DNA from: Octopus vulgaris
Taxonomy: Eukaryota
Length of the DNA stretch: 64,000 bases
NCBI GenBank assembly: GCA_951406725.2
Contig: OX597831.1
Coordinates: forward strand, 82,460,001 to 82,524,000
Direction of reading: 5' to 3'
Shown in pieces: positions 40,793 through 53,719 of the stretch. Numbering within the stretch: the first letter of the stretch is position 1; every line of letters starts with the position of its first letter. A program made the position numbers and the translations under genes. The notes beneath the pieces are model-generated. The model searched no databases, was not told where the DNA came from, and saw only the letters and a program-made list of their open reading frames with translations.

Positions 40793-41870
40793 CATTATCA
40801 TCATCATTTAACATCCATTTTCCATGCTGGCATGGGTTGAACAGTTTGATCAGAGCTTACAAGGCTAGGGGCTGCACCAGACTCCATTGTCTGCTCTGAC
40901 ATGGTTTCTATAACTGGATGCCCTTCCTAACACCAAATCACTCCACAGAGTGTACTGGGTGCTTTTTTACATGGCACCAGCACCAGTGCTTTTACTGTGT
41001 CACCAGCACTGGTATCAATTGTCATTTCTTTATTGCCCACAAGGGGCTAAAAATAGAGGGGACAAACAAGGACAGACAAAGGGATTAAGTCGATTACATC
41101 GACCCCCAGTGCATAACTGGTACTTAATTTATCAACCCTGAAAGGATGAAAGGCAAAGTTAACCTCAGCGGAATTTGAACTCAGAACTTAACGGCAGACG
41201 AAATACCGCTAAGTAATTCACCCGGTGTGTTAATGTTTCTGCCAGCTCGCCACACTGGTATCAATTCTGGTGTAGTGGATGGGTCTTCTTGAGTACAGCA
41301 AGGCACTAGATATCTCGGTCCTTTGTCATCTCCTTTGTAAGTTTCAGTGCTTTGAGTTTGGCCTTCAATACTTCATCCCATACCTTCATGGGTCTCCCGC
41401 TTCCACAAGTGATCAGCACTTCTGTATGCAATTGTCTACATCCACCCACATCCCAAGACTAAACCAGTGCAGTCTTCTCATACCCAACTTTTCGGTCAAT
41501 ACACTTTCGCTCTGTCTTACATGTACACTGACATGACACATCCAGCAGAGCATACTAGCTTCATTCCATGTCTTCTGCATTCAGGGCCCATGTTTCACTA
41601 CCATGTAGCATTGTTGTTCATATATATATATATGCCCCATACACAGTTCCTTTCACTTGGAGAAGGAACAAGAGAGGTAAAAGTTCTCTATATTTTCTCC
41701 ATCCTATTCATATTCTGGTGATTACACTTTCTCTACAGCCTCCCCCACGGCTAAATAGGTAACAGAAATTATCCACTATCTCAAAAAAAGGCTCCAGAGC
41801 ATTTAAGGAGATCAATTTCCCGTCTATCTGTAGTTTTTATGGCTCCTGCACGTCTTTCACCTATGGTCAT
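40793..41870 (-). mobile_element. Decayed RTE LINE fragment interrupted by a SINE
   Basis: Family 3' end at 40793-40990; decayed ORF2 remnants homologous to 61250-61750. Confidence 0.75.
41021..41252 (-). mobile_element. Full-length SINE family B with 14-bp TSD
   Basis: CACTGGTATCAATT at 41007-41020 and 41253-41266. Confidence 0.9.
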
Positions 41871-42113
41871 CACCTTCTCTCACAACATTCCTATTATTCC
41901 ACTGCACCTCTTGTGCATACATAGCTCACACTGCGCACACTGTATAGAATTCCTGGCTACGCCTTTTCGACATGTCAAGCACGGCTGTTTACCTGATGGA
42001 GGAAGGGTCCTGTCTGTTTTCTTGCTCACTAGAACCTTAGTCTTTGCTAAATTAACCTTAAGGCCCTTTTATTCCAGTCTCACTCACACACACAACATAT
42101 ACACACATGCAGA

Positions 42114-42152
<39 letters not shown>

Positions 42153-42186
42153 GCAGATATATGTATATATATATATACACACATAC

Positions 42187-42234
<48 letters not shown>

Positions 42235-42869
42235 ATATATGCACACACGTGGGGAAATGCATCTTAAGTGAATGTCTTTTACTACAGTGCCAGACTGACC
42301 AACGTCCTGTGAGTGAATTTGGTAGAAGGAAACTACACGAAGCTGGTTAGTCGTGCATGTGTGTGTGTGTGTGTGTATTTACATTTGTGCTTTTCTGCAA
42401 ATGGCGGCGAAGATGGTGTTATTTCCCATCAACAAAGCACCTGTTGGCTCTTTTGATGAGGGAGGCCTTCTTACTTGGAAAAGAGGCAAGTTTTTACAAT
42501 AGAAACTGTCTCTGGTCATAGAACAATGCCTGAATAATTCATATCCAAACCAGTCTGGAAAATGCAATGTAAAATCATAGATGCAAGGGTGCCTGTTCTT
42601 TTCCAACTTGAAGTCCCTTGTTCTTTGGCTCCTTTCCATCCAGTTGTGTGGGAAAGAAAAGAATACATGGAAACAGTAGAAAACAAAGGGGACTTTTTTT
42701 TGGTCGGGGACACGATGATCCTCTGGTACTCATGAAGTAAAAATGGAGGCAACGTGAGGCAAAGAGGACTTGTTAATCTTAGTGGAATCAAAGCAGCCTT
42801 CCTGTTTTTGGTATTATAATCAAGTTCGTCCAACACAATGTGTATCCTGGTTGACAACAGCAAAGACTT

Positions 42870-42883
42870 GTAACCATAGAAAC
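42870..42883. promoter_or_regulatory. RFX X-box motif GTAACCATAGAAAC
   Basis: Consensus match. Confidence 0.35.
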
Positions 42884-43232
42884 AAAAAATGAAATGTACA
42901 ATCAAGAAGTGTGCCTAGGTTCAGCTAGGAGTGTAGTACATCTAAATATAAACTGACTATGAAGACCCATCAATCTCTTGCATAGATACAAAAGAGGTAA
43001 AATGATGGTGGTTATAGACTTTCTTTTGTTCATTTTATTTCTTTTTCCATGCTTGCATGGGTTAGATGAGTATATTATTGTGGTACAGTTTTACAGCTGG
43101 ATGCCCTTCTCGCCTTAGAAAGTGCAGAGCAAATGGGTGATCTGTTGACAGGGAAATAACAATGTCACTGCTTGCAGTTCATTGATGCAAACATAATTTG
43201 TTTTTTTGATTTCTGACTCAGTACAATATGTA

Positions 43233-43265
<33 letters not shown>

Positions 43266-43784
43266 GTATATAGATAGATAGATAGATAGATATATGTGTG
43301 TGTGTGTTTGTGTGTATACTCACGCACACGCATACAATGAAATTAAGAGATATTGTATTATATAAGGACATAATTACCATGGCCGGACACATACATGATT
43401 GGCAAGGATAAGAGAGATAAACAAGGCTATATATTACAGATGAGATTAACAGCTATTTATCCTCTGTAATGCTGCTTGCCTTCTGGCACAAACTAGTTTC
43501 AATTGAAGGAATGCACTGGGTTCACAGTGGCAGGGTATGGGGAGAAAGATGTGCCCTAGATTTTGAACCATGTACACGGGCTGGCAAATATCTATCGATA
43601 CACACGCACACACAAATATATATATATTATTTTGTGCATGAGAAAGTGGACATGTATGTACATTTCATATATCTATAATGTATACAAACACACACACACA
43701 CACACACAATGTATGTGTGTGGTTGTGTGGAAGAGATCTGTTTGTATGCACATACATACTTTCATACATATATATATTTACATG

Positions 43785-43820
<36 letters not shown>

Positions 43821-43871
43821 GTTTTATATATATACATGTTTTATATATATATATATATATGTTATATATAT

Positions 43872-44267
43872 GCACAGGAGTGGCTGTGTGGTAAGTAGAT
43901 TGTTTACCAACCACATGGTTCCGGGTTCAGTCCCACTGCGTGGCACCTTGGGCAAGTGTCTTCTACTATAGCCTCGGGCCAACCAAAGCCTTGTGAGTGG
44001 ATTTGGTAGACGGAAACTGAAAGAAGCCCGTCGTATATATGTATATATATTTATATGCGTGTGTGTGTTTGTGTGTTTGTCTCCCCAACATCGCTTGACA
44101 ACCGATGCTGGTGTGTTTCTGTCCCCGTTACTTAGCGGTTTGGCAAAAGAGACCGATAGAATAAGTACTGGGCTTACAAAAGAATAAGTCCTGGGGTCGA
44201 GCTGCTCGATTAACGGCAGTGCTCCAGCATGGCCGCAGACAAATAACTGAAACAAGTAAAAGAGAGA

Positions 44268-44268
<1 letters not shown>
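43872..44268 (+). mobile_element. tRNA-derived SINE, family A (full length)
   Basis: A-box TGGCTGTGTGG, B-box GGTTCAGTCC, internal (TA)/(TG) tract. Confidence 0.9.
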
Positions 44269-44331
<63 letters not shown>

Positions 44332-45193
44332 GTTATATATATATATATATATGTAAATAATGGGGCGAGTCTGAATGAAATCCAACACCCAAACAGTCAC
44401 AGACACAATATATTGTGACTGAAAATATAAAATATGACCACCACTCTGAATACCACCACAAACACCAAACAACCCTACACTGCATCACAGCTACATACTG
44501 CCACTACACTACACTGTACCACCACATGCTTCTACTGTATACCATACTGGCACCAACACTCCATTGTGAGATCCCACCACCACCACCACCACTACATACC
44601 ACCAGAATTCTGTAAAATATTATTTGCTATGGCCTGATGAATAATTATGGATCTTGTTTATTGACAGGCTTGTGAGCCGGTGGCGGGGGGGGGGGGAGAT
44701 CTCTTTTATTGACATCCATGTGTTCAATAGAAGAGAGAAATGGTAACATTGCTTCCTCCTCCTCCTCCTTCTACTCTACTCCCTAGATCACCCCTCCCCC
44801 TCCTTCAGCAGCCATTCCTGATTTATTAACATGACTCAACAGACATTCTGGGACACCATGGAACAGAGGTGGTGGTGGGGTGCATTAGTCTTTTGTACAT
44901 GTGTCTGTGTGTCTGTAGAAATGTGTAGTGGGGGAAGGGTTGTTTTCCATTTTACCATCCTCTCCAGTTCTCCAGATATTTTTTCTACCCTCCACCTCTA
45001 CTGATGGTTGTTATTTTTATGTGAACTCATTATTGGTGGTGGGGTGGTGGGGAATAAAAAGACCCCACCAACTGGAAAGGGTGGAGAGTGGGGCGACAGT
45101 TTTAGATTTTTTTTTTCTTGTGGATTATTCCCTTATTTCTAGTTATTTTGAACCTTTGTTGTTGCTTTTAGAGATATGTTCACACACACACAC

Positions 45194-45760
45194 ACACTCC
45201 CTAACTTATGGCCACCCACAGTTATGACCCTGTGTTAAAAAAAATTCCAGATATTCTTATGTACTGTTTGTCAGTTTTCTCCAAACAGCAGCGTTGTGTT
45301 TTATTCTTGCCATTATATTTCTACTTCGTTAGCAAATATTGCAATATTCTGCAAAAGCTTCTACAGACTTATTGTTGCAAGAGTTGCCATGAGAAATGTA
45401 AATTCCTCCATCTGCCAAACTACCAAAGAAGAATCAACAAAAGTCATCTGATATGGAAATTAAAATGAGAATAATTAGCCAACATGAAGGAAAACGAAAA
45501 TTAAATCAATCACATGTGAAAGTGTTTCCTCATAATGATTTCCAGGATTCCAAAGAAGAAGGAAAGAACATTGCAGAATGTTTGGTCAACAAAGAAACAA
45601 CATGACAATCTCCAGGAAATGAAGAAATTATTGGAACCATCAATGGAAACCCTAATGAAACAATTTGTAGCCATAAGGGCACAATACCAAATATATCTTG
45701 AAGAATTTGAGACTCTAAAGAAACAAAAAGGCAACTACAAGCAATCATTGCTTTAAACAC
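45194..45760 (+). mobile_element. Decayed Tigger/pogo-type DNA transposon 5' part (CENP-B-like HTH)
   Basis: Frameshifted remnants KKNQQKSSDMEIKMRIISQHEG, MISRIPKKKERT, TKKQHDNLQEMKKLL and FETLKK resemble the Tigger transposase N-terminus as recalled; not searched. Confidence 0.55.
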
Positions 45761-46914
45761 TTCAGAATAAATACCATCTACAAATCAGAGATAACAAAAT
45801 AAGACATTGGCAATTACGTAATTATATTGCAATGTGCAGTAAGTACTTATGTACCGGTATGGTGTGGTTACATGAAAATAAGGCCCTAAGATGTGAAGAA
45901 CTGAGGGAATTGTAGGAGTTGGATGTCCATGGTTTGAGGCCAGATCTACAATGGTTTTATGTGGCTGGCACTGGCCTTAAGAAGGAGAGCAGTGTTACTG
46001 GAGAGAGAAGTAGAAAATACTTCAGCATGGATATAGCAGAAATATGAGAAGAGCAAAATCTGTGAGTGAAGAACCAATTCTCAAAGAGGAATGGTTACAG
46101 CTGCACCTAGTTTCAGGAGAAGGTTAATTAAATCTTGTGACCTCTTTCAGTGTAGCCATCTCTCTATTTCCCTGCTCTAATGGACTCTGTGCAAGGAGCT
46201 ATGACTCCTCTGGTTCACTGTCCCAGCCAACTTTGTGTAAAGAGCTATGACTTCCCTGGTTCACTGCCTCAGCTATTTCCCAACATACCAACAGCCTTAC
46301 ACTTTCACCTTCAGTGGTCAGATTTTGTCGAGGCGGATTCTACCTTCACTCTCAGCATTCTAATACTGCAATTGAGTTAATCAATGTTTTGCTATCAACA
46401 GATGTAAGGTAAATGCTCCAGTGTGCATATCCTTAAAAGGGGTTTCCTATCTGGAGTGACTGAAACGTACTCTATAAGGGATTTTTGCTTTATGGAGTGT
46501 ATACTAAAAGGAGTATAAAACTACAAAGAGTACACAGCATAACTGAGTGCATACTCTACCATAGGTCGTCATCATCATCATCCTTTAACATCCATTTTCC
46601 ATGCTGACATGGGCTGGAAAGTTTGACCAGAATTGGAACTGTGACATGCTCAGTTGTCTGATATCACAGAATTTCTTCAAAAGGATGCCTTTCCTAATGC
46701 CAACCAAGTGCATGCTGCTTCTTTTCATGATAATGGCATTTATGAGATTAGCAAGTAACTTCAAAGAAAAGAAAAATCAACAGAGTGGGAGCATATTTGA
46801 GGCCTGGGGCGGGCAGGTGGCTTTTTGCCAGGTGTTAAAAGGGACAAGCACAGGTATCTTGCTACAGAGGAGATACATCACTATAAAGCAAATATGCTAC
46901 AAAGTGCCATCCCC

Positions 46915-47207
46915 AAAATTACATATATAAGGTAAAACCCTCTCAGAGAGAACCTTGTAATTGCTGTCAAGAAAGTGAGTACCAGTAATATATTGTAACC
47001 AAAATAATCCCTCCCTGGTATTTCCTTCCTGCAAAATATTCCTTTGGGTTCAATATATTGTTTAGTAAAGATTGGAAATCATTATTTTGGAACTAAATGT
47101 TGTGCACAGGGATCGAAACAGATGCCACAGGAGTTTCCATGTGAAACTACTTGACCATTCAGTCATAGTAGCACACACCCACAACCCCAAACACACACGC
47201 ACACCCT

Positions 47208-47253
<46 letters not shown>

Positions 47254-47956
47254 GGCTGGCGTCTGTGTCGGTGACACGTAAAAGCACCAACCGATCATGG
47301 CCGTTTGCCAGCCTACTCTGGCCCCTGTGCCAGTGGCATGTAAAAAGCACCCACTACACTCACGGAGTGGTTGGCATTAGGAAGGGCATCCAGCTGTAGA
47401 AACACTGCCAGATCAGACTGGAGCCTGGTGCAGCCTCCTGGTTAAACCGTCCAACCCATGCTAGCGCGGAAAACGGACGTTAGATGATGATGATGATGAG
47501 TATGTGAATAGAAAAGTTTGTTAGATGACTTTTTTCTTCCATTCTTCCACCCATCATGACAGGTGTCAAAATGGAGAAATTGTTTAATTACTTTTCACTC
47601 CAATAATTATTTCACTATGGTGTCAGGAAAAGTTAAGAGAAGGGTGTGCGTGTGTTTGGGGGTGTGGGTGTGTGTTACTATGACTGAATGGTTGAGTAGT
47701 TTCACATGGAAACTCCTGTCCCATCAGTTTCAATCCCTGTGCATGGCATCTTAAGCAAATATCTGACATCAACATTTAGTTCCAAAATAATGATTTCCAA
47801 TCTTTACTAAACAATATATTGAACCCAAAGGAATATTTTGCAGGAAGTTAAATACCAGGGAGGGATTATTTTGGTTACAATATATTACTGGTACTCACTT
47901 TCTTGACAGCAATCACAAGGTTCTCTGAGAGGGTTTTACCTTATATATGTAATTTT
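46915..47956. repeat. Local inverted duplication: arms 46915-47207 and 47641-47956, 433-bp spacer
   Basis: Manual alignment: the outer ~188 bp differ at about three sites, the inner ~105 bp are ~90% identical, and 47744-47769 is absent from the left arm. Confidence 0.95.
47251..47500 (+). mobile_element. RTE LINE 3'-end copy inside the inverted-repeat spacer
   Basis: Family 3' end with two modules and (GAT)n. Confidence 0.9.
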
Positions 47957-48404
47957 ACACCAATCTACTCAAGTTTACTATGCTTCTCAATTAAAGAGAT
48001 AGAAATATTTTGGTCAGATATAAAAATTATGGTCATCAGAATTTCAATCTCTGCCAAACTTTTCTGAATCTCAAAAGAGAAAGAATTCTTGAAGAGTTTG
48101 GCTCTTAATTGTTTCTAAAACAGAACTGATAAAAGTTGTCTTGAGAGAAATGAAAACATACACAAGCACTAAAGTTGGTGAAGCGATTAGTTGTGTCTAT
48201 GTTCATATCCCTGTCTCTTCTGCATAAAATCCCTTTCTGCCAAAATGTGTGATGTAGCAGATCAACACTTGGATATCGATAAAATGAATGCCATCCTGAA
48301 ACACTGAGGCTGGCCTCATTGATCTAAAACACTTGAGCTTCTCCAGTGTGGCTGTGCTTTTAATGAGTGGAATCTGTAAAAAGGTCTGTCACATTGGTCA
48401 ATGT

Positions 48405-48488
<84 letters not shown>

Positions 48489-49455
48489 TCAGTTTAATAA
48501 CAGTACAATATATTTCATTACTCCAGTTTGGTCTTGACTAAAGCAACTAAAATTAAATTCCAAAAGAACACTGTACAGGTTGTATACACACACACACACA
48601 CACACTCTCACACATATACACATTCATGCTCATACATGTATACATTGTCATACATACATTCATGGGCACAAACACAAATATAAAAAAAAAAACCACCCAC
48701 ACAGAAACACACCTTTTTCCTCTTTGGGAGGTCATCTGTTAAAGACACAACCTGGGTGTGTCTGGTGGTTGTTAAAGTCACCCTCTTACACAGTCTACAG
48801 TGTGTAGAAAGTCAAACGCGTACACAGTGGCTTGTATCATGTGTAAAGACACAGTAGGGTGTATACAATGTGAGTAAACACATTGAGGTATATATAAAGC
48901 TACAATATGGTGTAGAGTGTATACGTAAAGACATAGCCACCATCCACGTTGCTCTCGACACACACACTGGTCAGTAATTTAGGGGAAGTGAGCAATAATT
49001 AGTTATAAACAGCAATAAAGTGTGATGGAGCAGGAGGAGGACAAAGCCATTGTTTTTTCTTATATTGTTTAAAGTCAGCACAGCTACACACACACACACA
49101 TATTGATTTATGGTGACAGGTAAGCAACAATCTTCAGTGCCAACCCCCTCCCCCACTATTGTTACCCTATCACCACCACCACCACCACCACTACAGTGTC
49201 ATGTTCTGTAATGAAGATGTCAACATCAGATTGCAGGTAGAGGGGTAAGAAACCTCTCTCAATGTATGTTGTTTCCTCATTATTGATCTGTTAGTTTTGT
49301 TGTTGGATACCAGCCCTCACCACCACACCCCTATATATACATGTATATATATCATCATCATCATCATCGTTTAACGTCCGCTTTCCATGCTAGCATGAGT
49401 TGGACGATTTTGACTGAGGGCTAGCGAAGCAGATGGCTGCACCAGGCTCCAATCT

Positions 49456-49500
<45 letters not shown>

Positions 49501-49634
49501 ATGGAGGGTTAAATTTACAACCCCTATCTCATTTTATATATATATATATATGTAATACTTACAATGTTTAATAAAATGATGTAGCGTGAAACGATCGTAC
49601 CAAATTACCGAAGATATTCTTGTTGCTTATTTTG

Positions 49635-49672
<38 letters not shown>

Positions 49673-49818
49673 TGTGCATACATATACATATATGCACACA
49701 CATACACACCACATGCATAATCATATACTATATACAATGTGTATTTGCATCTCTATGTCTATTCACACAAACGCACAAACATGTACACACATGTACAGAC
49801 ATACATAAACACACTCAC

Positions 49819-49848
49819 GTTTGGATCTTGGTCTGAATTCCCATCCAT
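49819..49848 (-). CDS. Candidate first coding exon, MDGNSDQDPN (unidentified gene)
   Basis: Kozak ACCATGG, in-frame TGA 13 codons upstream, phase-0 donor AAC|gtgagt; no downstream exon identified. Confidence 0.3.
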
Positions 49849-50590
49849 GGTCGTCAAGTTATTTGAACAGCTGAGCTTCCAGCATCATTGCATTATTAAG
49901 TGGCTGAGTGTTCCTCATACATGTGTAACTCTAATGCAATTCTCAGACAGAGTCAATGCAATACAGTGTGTGACAGGATTGCATGTTTCAGTTGCTGCTA
50001 CAGTCCATTCAAAAGACTTCCTTACAGTTTCCATCCAATATATATATATATACACACACACATATATATATGCACATAGACACAAGCATGGCTGAATGGT
50101 TAAGATCATTCTGCAACCACATGGCTCTTTCATTTCGGTCTCATTGTGCAACTATGGCCCCAGGCAGTGCTCTGGAAGTGAATTCGGTAGATGGAAACTG
50201 TGTGCAAGTGCTTCGTGTTTATACATATGCTTCCAAAAATGACTACGATAGCAAATAATTGAAAAAACTGTTTAAATTTAATTGATGCAATGTGAAATAA
50301 GGTTGCTTCCTACAACCACAAAAACTACGACGAAAACAACAACGAGCAATGTGAGAATCATATTACAACAAACTTGGAGAAATAATTAGATTTGTTACTC
50401 TACAAATTCCTACTAAAATACAGAGTTTTGTTGCTACTAATTATTAGAGTTTTATTAATACTACTTCTACAAGTAATAACGACAATGATTTCAATACTTC
50501 GTCATTTGGTAAACACAATGCATTTATATTTACAGAAACACATCCTTTCAAGAAACAAAATACACACATTTTGTGCGTATGGTTCCATAT

Positions 50591-50633
<43 letters not shown>

Positions 50634-50636
50634 CAC

Positions 50637-50682
<46 letters not shown>

Positions 50683-50719
50683 ATATATATATATATATAT
50701 GTGTGTATATATATATATA

Positions 50720-50750
<31 letters not shown>

Positions 50751-50769
50751 GTGTATATATATATATATA

Positions 50770-50806
<37 letters not shown>

Positions 50807-51039
50807 GCATGTATGTATGCATGTATGTATGTATGTGTGTATACACATACACACGTGCATGAACTTCAAAAAACCCTGCTAGAAAGATAAAAATGTTTGC
50901 TGATGTAAAAGCTAAACATGAAAATATACGCACAAACACACAAACACACTGCTCTATTTACAAAACTAGAATATACATACATCAATACAGGAGTTGTAAA
51001 AACAATGGTGATCCACACCAGCCAGAAAAATATATACTC

Positions 51040-52350
51040 CAACAGTTTCTCGTGTAATAATGCAGCAACGTTCAACTGCAACAACAACAACAACTACGAG
51101 GACGACGGCAAGTGCGAGCAATAACAAGGCGAGTGCATTCTCTGCTGCCACATTTTTGAGTGGGGTGGAGAGTGCGGCGCTGGTGCAGTAGCAGTAAACA
51201 TGCCATTATTGTCAGCATCTTTAAGACTCACTCTCTTACCGTTTTACAATTTGCTCACAACCATTCTAATCATCATCATCACCATCACTGCTGCTATCAT
51301 CCAACGCCTCTATGCCGCCGCCGCCGCCACCACCCACCCACCATCACTATCATCAACATGAATAACAATAGCCATCACCACTATCAATGTCAACATCTCC
51401 ACCGCCGCTATCATCCATATCAACCTTACTAATCACCACCACCACCCCCACCACCACCAGCCACACACCCCCATCATCACCATACCACTATTACAACAAC
51501 CACTACATTAACCACCACCACCTCCTCCACCACACAGAACACCATTTTTACCATTAAACTCATCACCCACCACCACCACCACCACCACATCTTACCTCTT
51601 TCTTTTTCTTCCTGATTTTCCATAGAGTTCTAGCCACGAAGCTGCTGCCATGGAAATTACTGTCATTCTTGTAGAAGGCCAAGCGACTAATTGTGGCAGT
51701 GAAATATTGGTACATGTGGTACATTGTTATTTACTAAATGACTAACGGTGGCACTAAAATATTGGTACATTTCGTACATTGGTATTTGGCAAATAATACC
51801 AAGAGATATAAAGGCAGAAATATTGCTTATAAGCAAATAGACAGGACCGTAGACATTCCAATGGTTGTGTGTGTATGTTTGTATTGGCAGTTGTATGTGT
51901 ATATGTATGTAGTTGCAACTGTGTGGGTGTAGAGATACGTATGTGTGTGTGTGTTCATGTATATGTGTTAGTATTTGAAGCTGTGTGTGTGTGTGTGGAC
52001 TAATATCTGTGTGTACGTGTGTGTGTGTGCATATGCATATACCTCCTCCTTCTCACACATATATTGATCCCTATTGATTCACACACACATACGCACACGC
52101 AATATTATAGATACACTTGAAATATATATGCTCATACACAGAGATTATCACTCATAAATAAATATATATAAAATTGTGCATACAAAGCGCGCGCACGCAC
52201 ACACGGAGACTAGCAGTGTTGTGACGTCGTCGACTGTAGCATCATCTCTTACCTGGTAATCCAGGTGGTAGGTAGGTAGCTGACACTCCACAGGAGGAGG
52301 AAGGAAGGTCGTTAGCTACTCTGGTTCAACCATACTACAATAGGGACAGA
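51040..52350. promoter_or_regulatory. Relatively CpG-rich, promoter-like region with a minus-strand donor CAG|gtaaga near 52252
   Basis: CpG clusters at 51060-51320 and 52188-52235 (GCGCGCGC, CRE-like TGACGTCG) outside recognisable repeats. Confidence 0.3.
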
Positions 52351-53184
52351 TAGACGGAGAGTTATGAAGATAATAGATAGGGAGAGAGAGAGCTAAACGA
52401 AGGAGGGAGATAGACAAATAAATAGATGGAGAGAGAGAGAGACAGACAGCTGGATGAGTGGATAGATGGGTAAATAGACGAACAGATGGATGCGAGTAGG
52501 AAAGTAGTTAATGAATAAAAATCCAGGCATGCAGAGCCTTTTGTCTGGGTTGTCAAATGATTGCTTTGTTTCCAACGATATGGTGTCGTGTAGACACAAA
52601 TATATATATTTGTGTGTGTGTATGGTCTATATAAACTAAGTAGCATTTGACCACTAGGGTCAACTATGGTCTGTCTCTATATATATAGGGAGAGAGTGTG
52701 TGTAGGTAGATGTAAAAGAGATAGAGAGACAGTTGATGAAGATAGAGAGAGAGGGAGGTCGCTAGCCAGATGTAGCCCCAGATTGATGACTCTACTACAT
52801 TGCAGGGGTATTAAACAATAACAAAGTGGAATGAGGCTGGGTTTTCTGTGACGGAGACAACATTGGCTTTTCTAATAGCAAGACTTGTTTTGTCGCTGTA
52901 TGGTGACAGTTTCCATTGTCTGTTGTGTTGCCTCGTCCACCACCATCACCACCACCACTACCACACAAACACTTACAGTCAGTCAGTTACTGTTATTACT
53001 ACTACTACTACTACTACAACACAAGCTACCACACCTAATCTACCACGTGTAAAACTCTACCAAAGTGTTGTTATTGTTGTTGCTACCCTTCTACCCACCC
53101 TGCTACATCCCCACCGCCTTCCAAAGGAATTAATTTACATTCTTGTCGTTATTGTCCTTTCTCATTCCCCACTCCTTCCTTTCA

Positions 53185-53362
53185 AGGACCGACAAAGGGA
53201 TTAAGTCGACCCCAGTGTGTAACTGGTACTTAATTTATTGACCCCGAAAGGATGAAAGGCAAAGTTGATCTCGGCGGAATTTGAACTCAGAACGTAACGG
53301 CAAACGAAATACTGCTAAGCATTTCGCCCGGCGTGCTAACCATTCTGCCAGTTCGCCGCCGC
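53185..53362 (-). mobile_element. SINE family B copy
   Basis: Conserved core and tRNA-like head. Confidence 0.85.
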
Positions 53363-53719
53363 CCTACGGCTTTCTGTCTCCATCGTCACCATACATTGTT
53401 CTTGTTACTGTTATTATTTTTGACATCTCCATCTTCGCCACCAATGAACATCACTCAACCATCACCAATAGTTCCACCAACACAATCTTCCTGTAAACTG
53501 CATATCAAGATTTTTTTTTAAATGTCTCAATAGAAGGAATACAACAAGAATGGATGACAGGAATATTTATGGAACAACAGCAGTGACATAACATTATTAC
53601 TCCACCACCACCACCTACAAAGCTTGAAGGCAGAATCATGTATGGAAGAACAGCAGTGAGACAACACCACTTCCCATGAGTTAAGTTTACATTAGCTGAT
53701 TCTCAATATGACATAACCA

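Noticed and set aside
49576-49600. Minimal hammerhead-like ATGATGT-AGCGT-GAAAC-GATC-GTA, and a weaker one at 15435-15465
   Set aside because: Core mismatches and no stem I; at most decayed Penelope remnants.
50966-51151. Signal-peptide-like ORF (ALLLLALAVVLVVVVVV)
   Set aside because: Starts at GTG and part of the hydrophobic run comes from a (GTT)n tract.
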